A stretch of DNA of 64,000 nucleotides from Actinomycetota bacterium (GCA_040880745.1 JBBDHX010000035.1:14068-78067), one strand, 5' to 3'. Counted from the stretch's first letter, positions 38,058 through 47,324 are shown. The notes: generated from the letters alone by a model not told the origin. Translations and numbers: made by a program.

Positions 38058-39055
38058 GAGCCCTCCGCGACAGGGACTTCGATCTCGTCCAGGAGTTCCT
38101 GCAGCACGGTCGCGGTCGTCCGCCCTGCCATGGCCGCATCGGCCGAGATGATCACGCGATGTGCGAGGCCCGGGATGACGAGCGACTTGACGTCGTCGGG
38201 GATGACGTAGTCGCGCTCGCTCGCCGCGGCCAACGCCCGGGCGGCACGGAGCAACATGATCGAGGCTCGGGGACTGGCGCCCAGGTAGATGTCACCATGA
38301 CGTCGGGTGGCTTCGACGAGGCTCACGATGTAGCTGCGCAGCGCCGGTGCCACGTGCACGGTGCGCACGGACTCGATCATGTCCGCCACCCCCCGGGCGT
38401 CGGTGACGCTGCTGATGTCTTCGAGCGGTTGGCCCGTCGCGTGGCTCGCGAGGATCTGGGCTTCCACGTCGGCGTCGGGGTAGCCGATCGACAAACGGAG
38501 CATGAACCGGTCCAGTTGGGCCTCGGGCAGGGGATAGGTCCCTTCGTGTTCCACCGGGTTCTGGGTCGCGATCACCATGAACGGGGTACCGAGGATCCTG
38601 GTCTCGGCGTCGGTGGTGACCTGGCGCTCCTCCATGCACTCCAACAGTGCCGATTGGGTCTTCGGGGAGGCGCGGTTGATCTCGTCTCCCAGCACGATGT
38701 TGGCGAAGATGGCACCCGGGCGGAACTCGAAGTCACCGTGCTCCTGGTTGAACACGTTCACGCCGGTGATGTCGGTCGGGAGCATGTCGGGGGTGAACTG
38801 GATCCGTCGGAACGAACAATCGATGGAGCGAGCGATCGCTTTGGCGAGCATCGTCTTGCCGACGCCGGGAACGTCCTCGATGAGCAGATGGCCCTCGGCC
38901 AGCAGCGCGACGAGGGCCAGGCGGATCTCCGCGTGCTTGCCCCGCAGGACCCTTTCCACGTTGGTCTCGATCTGGCGGAACTGGGCGCCGAACGCCTCCC
39001 AGTCGCGCGTGTGTTCCCGGAGTTCCAAGCCTGCACCCCCTGAAAGTCCCACCAT
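38054..39055 (-). CDS. MoxR-family AAA+ ATPase
   Basis: Starts at ATG 39055. 'LLIEDVPGVGKTMLAKAIA', 'RIQFTPDMLPTDITG' and 'LGDEINRASPKTQSALLECMEE' are MoxR motifs. Confidence 0.9.
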   Translation of the reverse strand: MVGLSGGAGLELREHTRDWEAFGAQFRQIETNVERVLRGKHAEIRLALVALLAEGHLLIEDVPGVGKTMLAKAIARSIDCSFRRIQFTPDMLPTDITGVNVFNQEHGDFEFRPGAIFANIVLGDEINRASPKTQSALLECMEERQVTTDAETRILGTPFMVIATQNPVEHEGTYPLPEAQLDRFMLRLSIGYPDADVEAQILASHATGQPLEDISSVTDARGVADMIESVRTVHVAPALRSYIVSLVEATRRHGDIYLGASPRASIMLLRAARALAAASERDYVIPDDVKSLVIPGLAHRVIISADAAMAGRTTATVLQELLDEIEVPVAEGS

Positions 39056-39301
39056 GGTACGCCCCCGATGTATCCCGGTACGACCGGGCGTCGGCCGGCC
39101 GCGATCCTGCATGCCTTCGGGCGCCCGGATCGTGACAGTAGGAGGAAGGGGCCGGGCCGGGCCGGCGGACGCCCCGCGCGGCCCCAGGTTCGCAACTTCA
39201 GGCATCCCGGTCCGGCCCGACCCCTGGGCCCCGAGATTACATCGTTGTGATCCGCATGATGCGGATCCGGCTCTTCACCGATGGGAAGTAGACTCCTGCG
39301 G

Positions 39302-39787
39302 ATGGGACGTGCGCTCGTCCTCAACGTGACCGAAGTGCCGCTCGCGGTCGTTCCCGCGAGGCGTGCGGTCGTGCTCGTCCTCAAGGACAAGGCCGACGTG
39401 GTCGTCTCCAACGGCGCCATCTTCCGGGCCGAGCACATCGCGATGGACGCGCCCTCGGTCGTTCGTTTGCGTCATTTCGTGCACGTTCCCTACCGGGCGC
39501 ACGCGCCGCTCACGCGCAGAGCCGTGTTCGCGCGGGACGGGTGGGCGTGCCAGTACTGCGGTACGGTTGCAGAGAACCTCGACCACGTTGTGCCGCGCAG
39601 CCGCGGCGGGCTGCATGTGTGGGAGAACGTGGTGGCGGCGTGCCGGCGGTGCAACGCCAAGAAGATGGACCGCACGCCGGCTGAGGCCGGCTACCGGCTC
39701 GCCCGGCAACCTTTCGCTCCCTCCGACGGCTTCCGGCTCACCCTCGGTCAGCCCGACCCGGACTGGGAACGCTTCCTCCTGTCGTAG
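39302..39787 (+). CDS. HNH endonuclease (McrA-like small HNH protein)
   Basis: 'CQYCG...LDHVVPRSRGG...WENVVAACRRCNAKK' is the HNH motif. Starts at ATG 39302. Confidence 0.85.
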   Translation: MGRALVLNVTEVPLAVVPARRAVVLVLKDKADVVVSNGAIFRAEHIAMDAPSVVRLRHFVHVPYRAHAPLTRRAVFARDGWACQYCGTVAENLDHVVPRSRGGLHVWENVVAACRRCNAKKMDRTPAEAGYRLARQPFAPSDGFRLTLGQPDPDWERFLLS

Positions 39788-39838
39788 CCGATCCCCGCTC
39801 CGCGTCCTATCCGAACAGCAGTTCGATGCCTTCTGCCA

Positions 39839-39884
39839 TTGACGCAGTGGAGCGTTAGTGGCATAAACGGGGACCCAAGTGGAG
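39839..39884 (+). promoter_or_regulatory. Candidate Pmra promoter (TTGACG-17 nt-CATAAA) with phased GTGG repeats, possible MraZ operator
   Basis: TTGACG is at 39839-39844 and CATAAA at 39862-39867. GTGG starts at 39847, 39858 and 39879, and a CGGGG lies near 39868, giving spacings of roughly 11, 11 and 10 bp. Confidence 0.4.
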
Positions 39885-39899
39885 GAAAGGGGAGGACGC

Positions 39900-40328
39900 G
39901 TGGCCGAACTGCTGGGCACGCACAGCTACCAGCTCGACCCGAAGGGGCGCGTGTCCCTGCCGGCGAGGTTCCGTGAGGCGTTCGCCGACGGGGCCTGGCT
40001 CACCATCGGCCAGGACGGGTGTCTCTTCGCCTTCCCCAGGGTCGAATGGGAGCGGCGGTCCGTCGAGGTCGCAGCGTCCCCCCTTTCCGACGCACCGGGG
40101 CGTGCCTACGCGCGGATGTTCTTCGGCTCATCCGACGAAGCGAAGCTCGACACGCAGGGACGGCTGACCATCCCCGGGCGGCTGCGCGAGACGGTCGGCA
40201 TCCGCAAGGACGTCGTCGTGCTGGGCGTGCGCGACCGCATGGAGATCTGGGACCGCGAGACGTATGAGCGCTACGAGACCACGTTCGCCGGCGCGTATCA
40301 GGCCGGGACCATCGAGCCAGGGAGGTAG
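39900..40328 (+). CDS. mraZ: Transcriptional regulator MraZ
   Basis: GTG 39900 follows GGAGGA. 'LGTHSYQLDPKGRVSLPARFR' and a second 'DTQGRLTIPGRLR' are the duplicated SpoVT/AbrB-like MraZ motifs. Confidence 0.9.
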   Translation: MAELLGTHSYQLDPKGRVSLPARFREAFADGAWLTIGQDGCLFAFPRVEWERRSVEVAASPLSDAPGRAYARMFFGSSDEAKLDTQGRLTIPGRLRETVGIRKDVVVLGVRDRMEIWDRETYERYETTFAGAYQAGTIEPGR

Positions 40329-40331
40329 GGG

Positions 40332-40448
40332 ATGGAACCACAGAAACTCGCCGCGGAGGTTCGCCAGAGCCTGTCGCTGATAGCGATGACGGGGCTGACC
40401 CTGTTGACGTCGCTCGCGTTCGGGTTGCTCGTCGGTCACGTCGGGTGA
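40332..40448 (+). CDS. Possible 38-aa membrane peptide between mraZ and rsmH (not in the ORF track); the region could instead be a structured RNA leader
   Basis: GGAGG is at 40321-40325, then ATG 40332. My translation is MEPQKLAAEVRQSLSLIAMTGLTLLTSLAFGLLVGHVG*. Third positions are mostly G/C. The stop TGA overlaps the rsmH GTG start (GTGA). Confidence 0.35.
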   Translation: MEPQKLAAEVRQSLSLIAMTGLTLLTSLAFGLLVGHVG

Positions 40449-41305
40449 GCCCGGAGGAAGGACACGAGCCGGTCATGGTGGCGGAGGTGATCGACCTGCT
40501 CGCACGAGCACGGACGGTCCTTGACATGACCCTGGGAGCCGGTGGCCATGCCGAGGCGTTGCTGGAGGCCGGGGTGCAGCACGTGGTGGGGATCGATCGT
40601 GACCCCGAGGCGATCGCGATCGCCTCACGCCGGTTGGCCGGTTTCGGCTCGAGGTTCACACCGGTGCAGCGCCCCTTCTCCGAGATCGACGAGGAGACCG
40701 TCGGCGGGCCGGCCGGCGGGGTGCTCTTCGATCTCGGGGTGTCCTCGATGCAGCTCGACCGCCCCGAGCGCGGCTTCTCCTTCCGACACGACGCGCCGCT
40801 CGACATGCGGATGGGCGCTGAAGGCCCGTCGGCGGCCGACCTCGTGAACGGCCTGCCCGAACGCGAACTCGCCGACCTGATCTACCGGTTCGGCGACGAA
40901 CGACGGTCGCGGCAGATCGCCGCTGCGATCGCGCGTCGCCGGCCCATGGCCAGCACCGATGATCTGGTGCGGGCGATCGTGAGTGCCGTGGGGAAGCGTC
41001 CGGGGGGCCCCCACCCCGCGCGTCGCACGTTCCAGGCGCTCCGCATCGCGGTCAACCGGGAACTCGAGGAACTCGCCGCGTCCCTGCCTCACGCGGTCGC
41101 GCTCCTCGACCCCGGTGGCCGCGTGGTCGTGATCTCGTACCACTCGCTCGAAGACGGTCTGGTCAAGCACGCCTTCCGGGAAGACGCCCGGCTGCGGATC
41201 TTGACGAAGAAACCTGCGGTGCCCTCCCCCGAAGAGACCGCCCGGAACCCCCGTGCGCGCAGCGCCAAGTTGCGCGCCGCTGAGCGCCTGGAGGACGTCG
41301 CATGA
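40445..41305 (+). CDS. rsmH: 16S rRNA (cytosine1402-N4)-methyltransferase
   Basis: 'HEPVMVAEV', 'DMTLGAGGH', 'FDLGVSSMQLD', 'LDMRM' and 'VISYHSLEDGLVK' are RsmH motifs. Confidence 0.95.
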   Translation: MSPEEGHEPVMVAEVIDLLARARTVLDMTLGAGGHAEALLEAGVQHVVGIDRDPEAIAIASRRLAGFGSRFTPVQRPFSEIDEETVGGPAGGVLFDLGVSSMQLDRPERGFSFRHDAPLDMRMGAEGPSAADLVNGLPERELADLIYRFGDERRSRQIAAAIARRRPMASTDDLVRAIVSAVGKRPGGPHPARRTFQALRIAVNRELEELAASLPHAVALLDPGGRVVVISYHSLEDGLVKHAFREDARLRILTKKPAVPSPEETARNPRARSAKLRAAERLEDVA

Positions 41306-41706
41306 GTGTTGCAGCACCGAAACTCCGGCCCGAACCTCGTCACACCGGTGAACGTGCGCGGCCGGCGCACCGACCGGCGGCGCGCCCGCCTCACGTTCCT
41401 CGCTCCACCCCTTCCCAGCGGGCACGCCGCCGGTCATCCCCGGCGTTCTGGGTCCTCACCGCGATCGTCGTGACCGTCCTGATCGCGGGGATCGTCTCGA
41501 TATCCGCGCTGCTCGTGCGTGCGTCGTTCCGGGTCGAAACGATCCGGGAAACCCTCTCGGCCTTGCAGGCCGAGCACGCGGAGCTGACCATCGAAGCGGT
41601 GACGCTTTCGGCGCCCTCGCGGATCGCAGACTGGGCCCGGAACCGCGGGATGGTCCGGGCCGGTGACGTCCAGGTGCTCCGTGTCGGAGGCGGGGCGCCC
41701 GCGTGA
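41302..41706 (+). CDS. ftsL: Cell division protein FtsL-like (single TM plus coiled coil)
   Basis: It sits between rsmH and ftsI. It has a basic N-terminus, one TM helix and then a coiled-coil region. It overlaps upstream through ATGA. Confidence 0.7.
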   Translation: MSVAAPKLRPEPRHTGERARPAHRPAARPPHVPRSTPSQRARRRSSPAFWVLTAIVVTVLIAGIVSISALLVRASFRVETIRETLSALQAEHAELTIEAVTLSAPSRIADWARNRGMVRAGDVQVLRVGGGAPA

Positions 41707-43409
41707 CCAGCCCTCCGGTCGGCCGCCTCGTCGCGGTCCTTGGCGCGATGATGCTCGCCATCGCGGGCGTGGTCGTCCGGCTCGGTGTGCTGCAGGTCCA
41801 GGAGTCCGGCGATCTGTTCGCCATGGGCGTGGAGCAAAGGATCCGGACGTATGACGTACCCGCGGCCCGCGGCACCATCCTGGATCGCAACGGGATCCCG
41901 CTGGCGATGGCCCGGGAGGCGCGCGACGTGTTCGTCAACCCGCAACTCGTGACCGATCCGATCTCGCAGGCGGCGCGGATCGCTCCGTTGCTCGAGTTGG
42001 ATCCGGCTTGGGTGCGCGCAGCCCTACGGGCGGACGGCACCTTCGTGTATCTGGGTCGCCAGGTGGAGACCGACGTGGCCGATCGTCTGGCTTCGTTGGG
42101 CCTGCCGGGCGTCGGGTTCCGCCCGACGGTTGAGCGCTACTACCCCTCGGGTGCCGTGGCTTCACAGGTGCTCGGTTTCGTGGGGACGGACGGCACCGGT
42201 TTGGGCGGGCTCGAGGCATACCACGAGGACGTCCTGGCGGGTACGCCGGGCCGGCGCACCGTGGAGGTGTCGGCGCAGGGCCAGGAGATCGTCGGTGGGC
42301 TCGAGATCGTGGAACCGAGCGCGCCGGGGACCGACCTCATGCTCACGCTCGATCGCGAGATGCAGTACATGGCCCAGCAGTACCTGCGGGAGGCGGTCAA
42401 GGAGAACCGCGCCGAAGGTGGCACGATCGTGGTGATGGACCCGAACACGGGCGACGTCTTGGCGATGGCCAGCTTCCCGACCTTCGACCCCAACCGGTTC
42501 CTCGAATTCCCGGCAGAGCATCGGACCAACCGCGCCGTCACCGATGCCTGGGAGCCGGGGTCCGTGAACAAGATCGTGACCGCCGCAGCGGCGTTGGAGA
42601 CGAGATCGGTGTCTCTGTCGGAGCGGTTCGTCGTCCCCGCCACGCGCGTGGTCGGGAACTACGTGATCCACGACTCGCACTGGCACCCGCCGGCATCGAT
42701 GACGATCGGCGACATCATCTCGCAGTCGAGCAACGTTGGTGCCTCGCTGTTGGCGGACAGGGCCGGCAACGCCGCACTCAGCCAGTACTTCGAGCGCTTC
42801 GGGTTCGGCGAGCCGACCGGGGTGGGCTTCCCGGGTGAAGGCGCCGGGATCATGCCGAGCGGCCACTGGGAGGACATCACGCGCGCCACCGTGTCCTTCG
42901 GTGCGGGGGTGGCGGTGACGCCACTGCAGATGGCGTCGGTCTACGCGACGATCGCGCGTGGGGGGAGTTGGGTGCAGCCTCGGCTCGTGCGGGGCACCGT
43001 CGGCGCCGACGCCACGCTCCTGGAGAGCGTTTCCGCACCGAGCCATCGCGTCATCCGCCGCGAGACGGCGGATCTCCTGACCCAGATGCTCGCCGCCGTC
43101 GTCGAAGACGGGACGGGCTCCGCGGCTCAGATCGAGGGTTACCAGGTTGCCGGCAAGACGGGGACGGCGAAGAAGATCGACGCCCGAGGTCGTTATTCCA
43201 ACCGCTACGTCGCTTCGTTCATCGGGTTCTTACCGGCTTCCGCACCCCGCGTGGTGGTCGCCGTGGTGATCGACGAACCGAAGACGGTCTACGGCGGTGT
43301 CGCCGCCGCGCCGTTGTTCTCGGACATGGCGCGCTACGCGATCCAACGTCTCGGGATCGAGCCGGCCCCTTCGGTCCCTGCGCCTCCGCACGTCCAGGCC
43401 GCGGCGTGA
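41703..43409 (+). CDS. ftsI: Penicillin-binding protein (class B transpeptidase, FtsI/PBP3-like)
   Basis: It has a TM anchor, a dimerisation domain, and 'GSVNK' (SxxK), 'SQSSN' (SxN) and 'KTGTA' (KTG). Confidence 0.9.
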   Translation: MTSPPVGRLVAVLGAMMLAIAGVVVRLGVLQVQESGDLFAMGVEQRIRTYDVPAARGTILDRNGIPLAMAREARDVFVNPQLVTDPISQAARIAPLLELDPAWVRAALRADGTFVYLGRQVETDVADRLASLGLPGVGFRPTVERYYPSGAVASQVLGFVGTDGTGLGGLEAYHEDVLAGTPGRRTVEVSAQGQEIVGGLEIVEPSAPGTDLMLTLDREMQYMAQQYLREAVKENRAEGGTIVVMDPNTGDVLAMASFPTFDPNRFLEFPAEHRTNRAVTDAWEPGSVNKIVTAAAALETRSVSLSERFVVPATRVVGNYVIHDSHWHPPASMTIGDIISQSSNVGASLLADRAGNAALSQYFERFGFGEPTGVGFPGEGAGIMPSGHWEDITRATVSFGAGVAVTPLQMASVYATIARGGSWVQPRLVRGTVGADATLLESVSAPSHRVIRRETADLLTQMLAAVVEDGTGSAAQIEGYQVAGKTGTAKKIDARGRYSNRYVASFIGFLPASAPRVVVAVVIDEPKTVYGGVAAAPLFSDMARYAIQRLGIEPAPSVPAPPHVQAAA

Positions 43410-43441
43410 CCCCCGCGGGCGGGGATGTAGGATCGCGCTCG

Positions 43442-44908
43442 TTGAAGGCTGCTTCCCCCCTCGCGCGGCTCGGCGATGTGACGGGTGCCGCCGATGCCGA
43501 GATCAGGGGCGACCCGGACACCCTGCTCGCCGACGCCGCCTATGACTCCCGGTCGGTGCCGGCGAGATCGCTCTTCTTCTGCGTACCCGGTCGAACCTTC
43601 GACGGGCACGCGTTCGCGGCCGATGCGGCTCGGGGGGGAGCTTCCGCGCTCGTGGTCGAACGGTGGATCGATGCCGTCGACCTTCCTCAGGCCCGCGTGG
43701 GATCCGTCCGGGCCGCGATGGGTCCGATGTCCTCGGTGCTCTTCGGATCGCCGGCGGCGAGGATGCGGAGCGTCGGGGTGACCGGGACGAACGGCAAGAC
43801 CACCACGACGTACCTGCTCGAAGCGGTGTTGGCGGGCACCGGCTCGCACCCCGGCGTCATCGGTACGACCGGGGCCCGCATCGGATCCGTGCCGATCCCT
43901 CTCGATCGCACCACTCCGGAGGCCCCCGACCTGCACCGCCTCCTCGCTCGGATGCGTTCCGAAGGCGTCGATGCCGTGGCTCTGGAGGTCTCATCCCATG
44001 CCCTCGCCGAGCACCGGGTCGACGGCCTCCGGTTCGACGTGGCGGTCTTCACGAACCTCTCTCAGGACCACCTCGACTTCCACGGCTCCATGGAGGCGTA
44101 CTTCGCGTCCAAGGCGCGTCTGTTCACCCCCGCGATGGCGATGCACGGCATCGTGAACGTCGATGATGACTGGGGGCGCCGCCTCGCATCCGAGGCCGCG
44201 ATCCCGGTGACCACCTACGCGGTCGAGGGTCCCGCCGACGTCACGGCCGACCCGGAGCCCGTGGGACGTGGGAGCACGTTCCGGTTCGGCGACATCGAGG
44301 TCCGGGTCGGCTTGAGCGGCCGTTTCAACGTTGCGAACGCGCTCGCGACGATGATCGTCGCTGATCGGCTCGGCGTCGACGCGTCGAGAGCGGCCGAAGC
44401 GATGGCGTCCGTGTCGCGCGTCCCGGGGCGCATGGAGCCCATCGAGGCGGGCCAGCCCTTCCTCGTGATGGTGGACTACGCCCACACGCCGGATAGCATC
44501 CAGCACGTGCTCCGGGGTGCACGCCCGCTGGTCGCGGGCAGGGTGATCGTCGTGTTCGGTTGCGGGGGAGACCGCGACCGGGCCAAGCGCCCGTCGATGG
44601 GGGCGGCGGCGACCGCCGTTGCTGACCTCACGATCATCACCAGCGATAACCCACGCACGGAAGACCCCCTCGAGATCATCGGCCAGATCGAGGCGGGGGC
44701 GCGATCGGGCGGCGGACCCTACGAGGTCGAGCCGGACCGGCGGCTCGCGATCCGCCGCGCCGTGCGCGAGGCACGCGCGGGCGACGTCGTGATCATCGCC
44801 GGCAAGGGGCACGAGACGGTCCAGGAGCGCGGCGGTGAGCGCATCCCGTTCGACGACCGGGAGGTGGCGCGGGAGGAACTGCTCGCGGGCAGGGAGGAAC
44901 GGGCGTGA
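43442..44908 (+). CDS. murE: UDP-N-acetylmuramoyl-L-alanyl-D-glutamate--2,6-diaminopimelate ligase
   Basis: 'DSRSV..RSLFFCVPG...DGH.F', 'VTGTNGKTTT' and 'DNPRTEDP' are MurE motifs. The start is uncertain (TTG 43442 or GTG 43478). Confidence 0.9.
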   Translation: MKAASPLARLGDVTGAADAEIRGDPDTLLADAAYDSRSVPARSLFFCVPGRTFDGHAFAADAARGGASALVVERWIDAVDLPQARVGSVRAAMGPMSSVLFGSPAARMRSVGVTGTNGKTTTTYLLEAVLAGTGSHPGVIGTTGARIGSVPIPLDRTTPEAPDLHRLLARMRSEGVDAVALEVSSHALAEHRVDGLRFDVAVFTNLSQDHLDFHGSMEAYFASKARLFTPAMAMHGIVNVDDDWGRRLASEAAIPVTTYAVEGPADVTADPEPVGRGSTFRFGDIEVRVGLSGRFNVANALATMIVADRLGVDASRAAEAMASVSRVPGRMEPIEAGQPFLVMVDYAHTPDSIQHVLRGARPLVAGRVIVVFGCGGDRDRAKRPSMGAAATAVADLTIITSDNPRTEDPLEIIGQIEAGARSGGGPYEVEPDRRLAIRRAVREARAGDVVIIAGKGHETVQERGGERIPFDDREVAREELLAGREERA

Positions 44909-46266
44909 GACCGCGGACGATGGCAGACGTCGCCAGGGCGGTCGGGGGCCTCCTGCTCGGCGAGGACAGGGTCGTCTCCTCGATCGCGATCGACTCCCGT
45001 GACGTCGTCGCGGGAGGGCTGTTCGTGGCACTGCCCGGGACCCGTGTCGACGGGCACCGTTTCGTGCAGGAGGCGTTCGATCGGGGCGCCACCGGCGTGC
45101 TCGTACGCGACGGATGCACCGTGGATGGCCCGGCTGTGCACGTGCGAGGCACCGCCGAGGCGCTCCTGCGCCTGGCGGCCGACGAACGCACGCGGTTCAC
45201 GGGGACCGTCGTCGCGATCACCGGCGCCAACGGCAAGACCTCGACGAAGGACATGACAGCTGCCGTCTGCGAGACCACCTTCTCGACCCACGCGAGCCCG
45301 AAGTCGTTCAACAACGAGATCGGACTGCCCGTCACGATCCTGGGTGCGCCGCCGGATACCGAGGTCATCGTGGCCGAGCTCGGCGCGCGGCGCCCGGGGG
45401 ACGTCGCGCTCCTGTGCGAGGTCGCCCGGCCGCAGGTGGTCGTCGTGACGAACGTCGGCTTGGCCCACATCGAGGTGTTCGGTTCGTGGGACGTGATCGT
45501 CGAGGCTTCCGCAGAGCCGGTGGAGGCGCTCGGCGAGGACGGGACGGCCGTCCTCTCGGCCGATGACCCCGTGGTCGCCGGCTACGCGGGGCGCGGACGT
45601 GGTGCGGTCGTGACGTTCGGGCGGTCGACCGATGCCGACGTCCGGGCGGAGGCCGTCTCGCTCGCGGCGGACGGTCTCGCGTCCTTCGACCTCGTGCAGG
45701 GTTCTGCTCGCGAGCGCGTCGGGCTGACGGTGCCGGGGGAGCACATGGTCATGAACGCGCTGGCGGCCGCCGCCGTGGGATCGGTGCTCGGGGTACCGGT
45801 CGAAGCCCGAGCTCGGGCACTGTCGAGCGCGACCGTGTCGCCGTGGCGGATGGAGAGCTTCGAGACACCCAGCGGCGTCCGCGTCTTGAACGACTCCTAC
45901 AACGCGAACCCCGAATCGATGGCCGCCGCGCTGCGCACCGCCCGCTGGATGGCCGGTGAGCACCGGTTGATCGCCGTGCTCGGGCAGATGGCTGAACTCG
46001 GGGTGATCGCGCCGCGGGAACATGAGCGCGTGGGCGAGCTGGCGGCCCGGCTCCGCGTGGACCGGCTCATCACCGTCGGTGCAGACGCGGAACCCATCGC
46101 GATCGCCAGCGTGCGCGAAGGCGTCGAGCCGGACAACGTGGCCACCTACGACGATGCCGACGACGCCCTCGCGGACGTCCGCGCCCACGCAGCCCCCGGC
46201 GATCTCGTGTTGTTGAAGGCTTCGCGCGTCGCCGGGCTTGAGCGACTGGCGGAGGCGCTTCGATGA
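44905..46266 (+). CDS. murF: UDP-N-acetylmuramoyl-tripeptide--D-alanyl-D-alanine ligase
   Basis: 'IDSRDV..GGLFVALPG', 'ITGANGKTSTK', 'DSYNANPESM' and 'LLKASR' are MurF motifs. Confidence 0.9.
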   Translation: MRPRTMADVARAVGGLLLGEDRVVSSIAIDSRDVVAGGLFVALPGTRVDGHRFVQEAFDRGATGVLVRDGCTVDGPAVHVRGTAEALLRLAADERTRFTGTVVAITGANGKTSTKDMTAAVCETTFSTHASPKSFNNEIGLPVTILGAPPDTEVIVAELGARRPGDVALLCEVARPQVVVVTNVGLAHIEVFGSWDVIVEASAEPVEALGEDGTAVLSADDPVVAGYAGRGRGAVVTFGRSTDADVRAEAVSLAADGLASFDLVQGSARERVGLTVPGEHMVMNALAAAAVGSVLGVPVEARARALSSATVSPWRMESFETPSGVRVLNDSYNANPESMAAALRTARWMAGEHRLIAVLGQMAELGVIAPREHERVGELAARLRVDRLITVGADAEPIAIASVREGVEPDNVATYDDADDALADVRAHAAPGDLVLLKASRVAGLERLAEALR

Positions 46267-47324
46267 TCTCGATCCTCATCGCGGGCGCGGTGGGTCTGTC
46301 CGTGACGCTGCTCGGGACCCCTCTCGCGGTCCGTGCGTTCCGTCTGTGGGGGTGGGGTCAGCGCATCCGCGAGGACGGGCCGCATACCCACCTGGAGAAG
46401 ATGGGGACGCCCACGATGGGCGGGATCGTGATCTTGACGGGACTCGCGGTCTCCTACCTGGTGACCCGGGCGACGACGCAGCGGATCACCTCGACCGGTC
46501 TGGCGCTCGTCCTCGCCACGGTCGGGTTCGGCGTCGTGGGATTCCTCGACGACTTCACCAAGGTGCGGCGCCGTCGGTCGCTCGGGCTCAACAAGCGCCA
46601 GAAGTTCGCCGGTACGGCTTTGGTCTCGGTCGGCTTCGCGCTCATCGTCGCGTCGTTCTCCGACCAGAGCGGCACCTCGACCGCGTTGTCGTTCGTGCGG
46701 CCGACGGGGATCGCGCTCGGTTTCGGGTTCTACGTCTGGGCGTTCGTGATCTTGACCTCCGCGTCGCACTCCGTGAACCTGACGGACGGGCTCGACGGCC
46801 TGGCTGCGGGGTCATCCATCCTCGTGTACGCCGCCTACGTCTTCATCGCGTTCTGGCAGTTCCGGCACACGTGCGATCTGCTCGGCGGAACGCCGGGGTG
46901 CTACGACGTCAACGCCGTCGACATGCAGGATGCGGCGATCGTCGCGGCCGGGATGCTGGGGTCCGCAGCCGGCTTCTTATGGTGGAACGCCGCGCCTGCG
47001 CGCATCTTCATGGGCGACACCGGCGCGCTGGCTCTCGGTGGCTTGTTCGGAGCGCTCGCGATCGTCACGAACACCCAGATGCTGCTGGCGGTCCTCGGCG
47101 GCCTGTTCGTCATGGAGACCTTGTCGGTGATCGCGCAGGTCATCGCCTTCCGCGGGTTCGGGCGACGGGTGCTGAAGATGTCGCCGGTGCACCACCACTT
47201 CGAGCTGTCGGGCTGGCCCGAGTTCACCGTGATCGTCCGGTTCTGGATCATCGCGGGCTTGTTCTCGGCGATCGGGATCGGGTTGTTCTACGCGGAGTTC
47301 GTCGCGCGTGGGGGGATCGGGTGA
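46263..47324 (+). CDS. mraY: Phospho-N-acetylmuramoyl-pentapeptide-transferase
   Basis: 'HLEKMGTPTMGG', 'NLTDGLDGLA', 'FMGDTGALALGG' and 'SPVHHHFE' are MraY motifs. Confidence 0.95.
   Translation: MISILIAGAVGLSVTLLGTPLAVRAFRLWGWGQRIREDGPHTHLEKMGTPTMGGIVILTGLAVSYLVTRATTQRITSTGLALVLATVGFGVVGFLDDFTKVRRRRSLGLNKRQKFAGTALVSVGFALIVASFSDQSGTSTALSFVRPTGIALGFGFYVWAFVILTSASHSVNLTDGLDGLAAGSSILVYAAYVFIAFWQFRHTCDLLGGTPGCYDVNAVDMQDAAIVAAGMLGSAAGFLWWNAAPARIFMGDTGALALGGLFGALAIVTNTQMLLAVLGGLFVMETLSVIAQVIAFRGFGRRVLKMSPVHHHFELSGWPEFTVIVRFWIIAGLFSAIGIGLFYAEFVARGGIG

Noticed and set aside
46238-47320. The first 361 codons of the 807-aa track ORF 46238..48661
   Set aside because: This part is an out-of-frame read over mraY, which has clear motifs in frame 46263. 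Only the portion from GTG 47321 corresponds to MurD.
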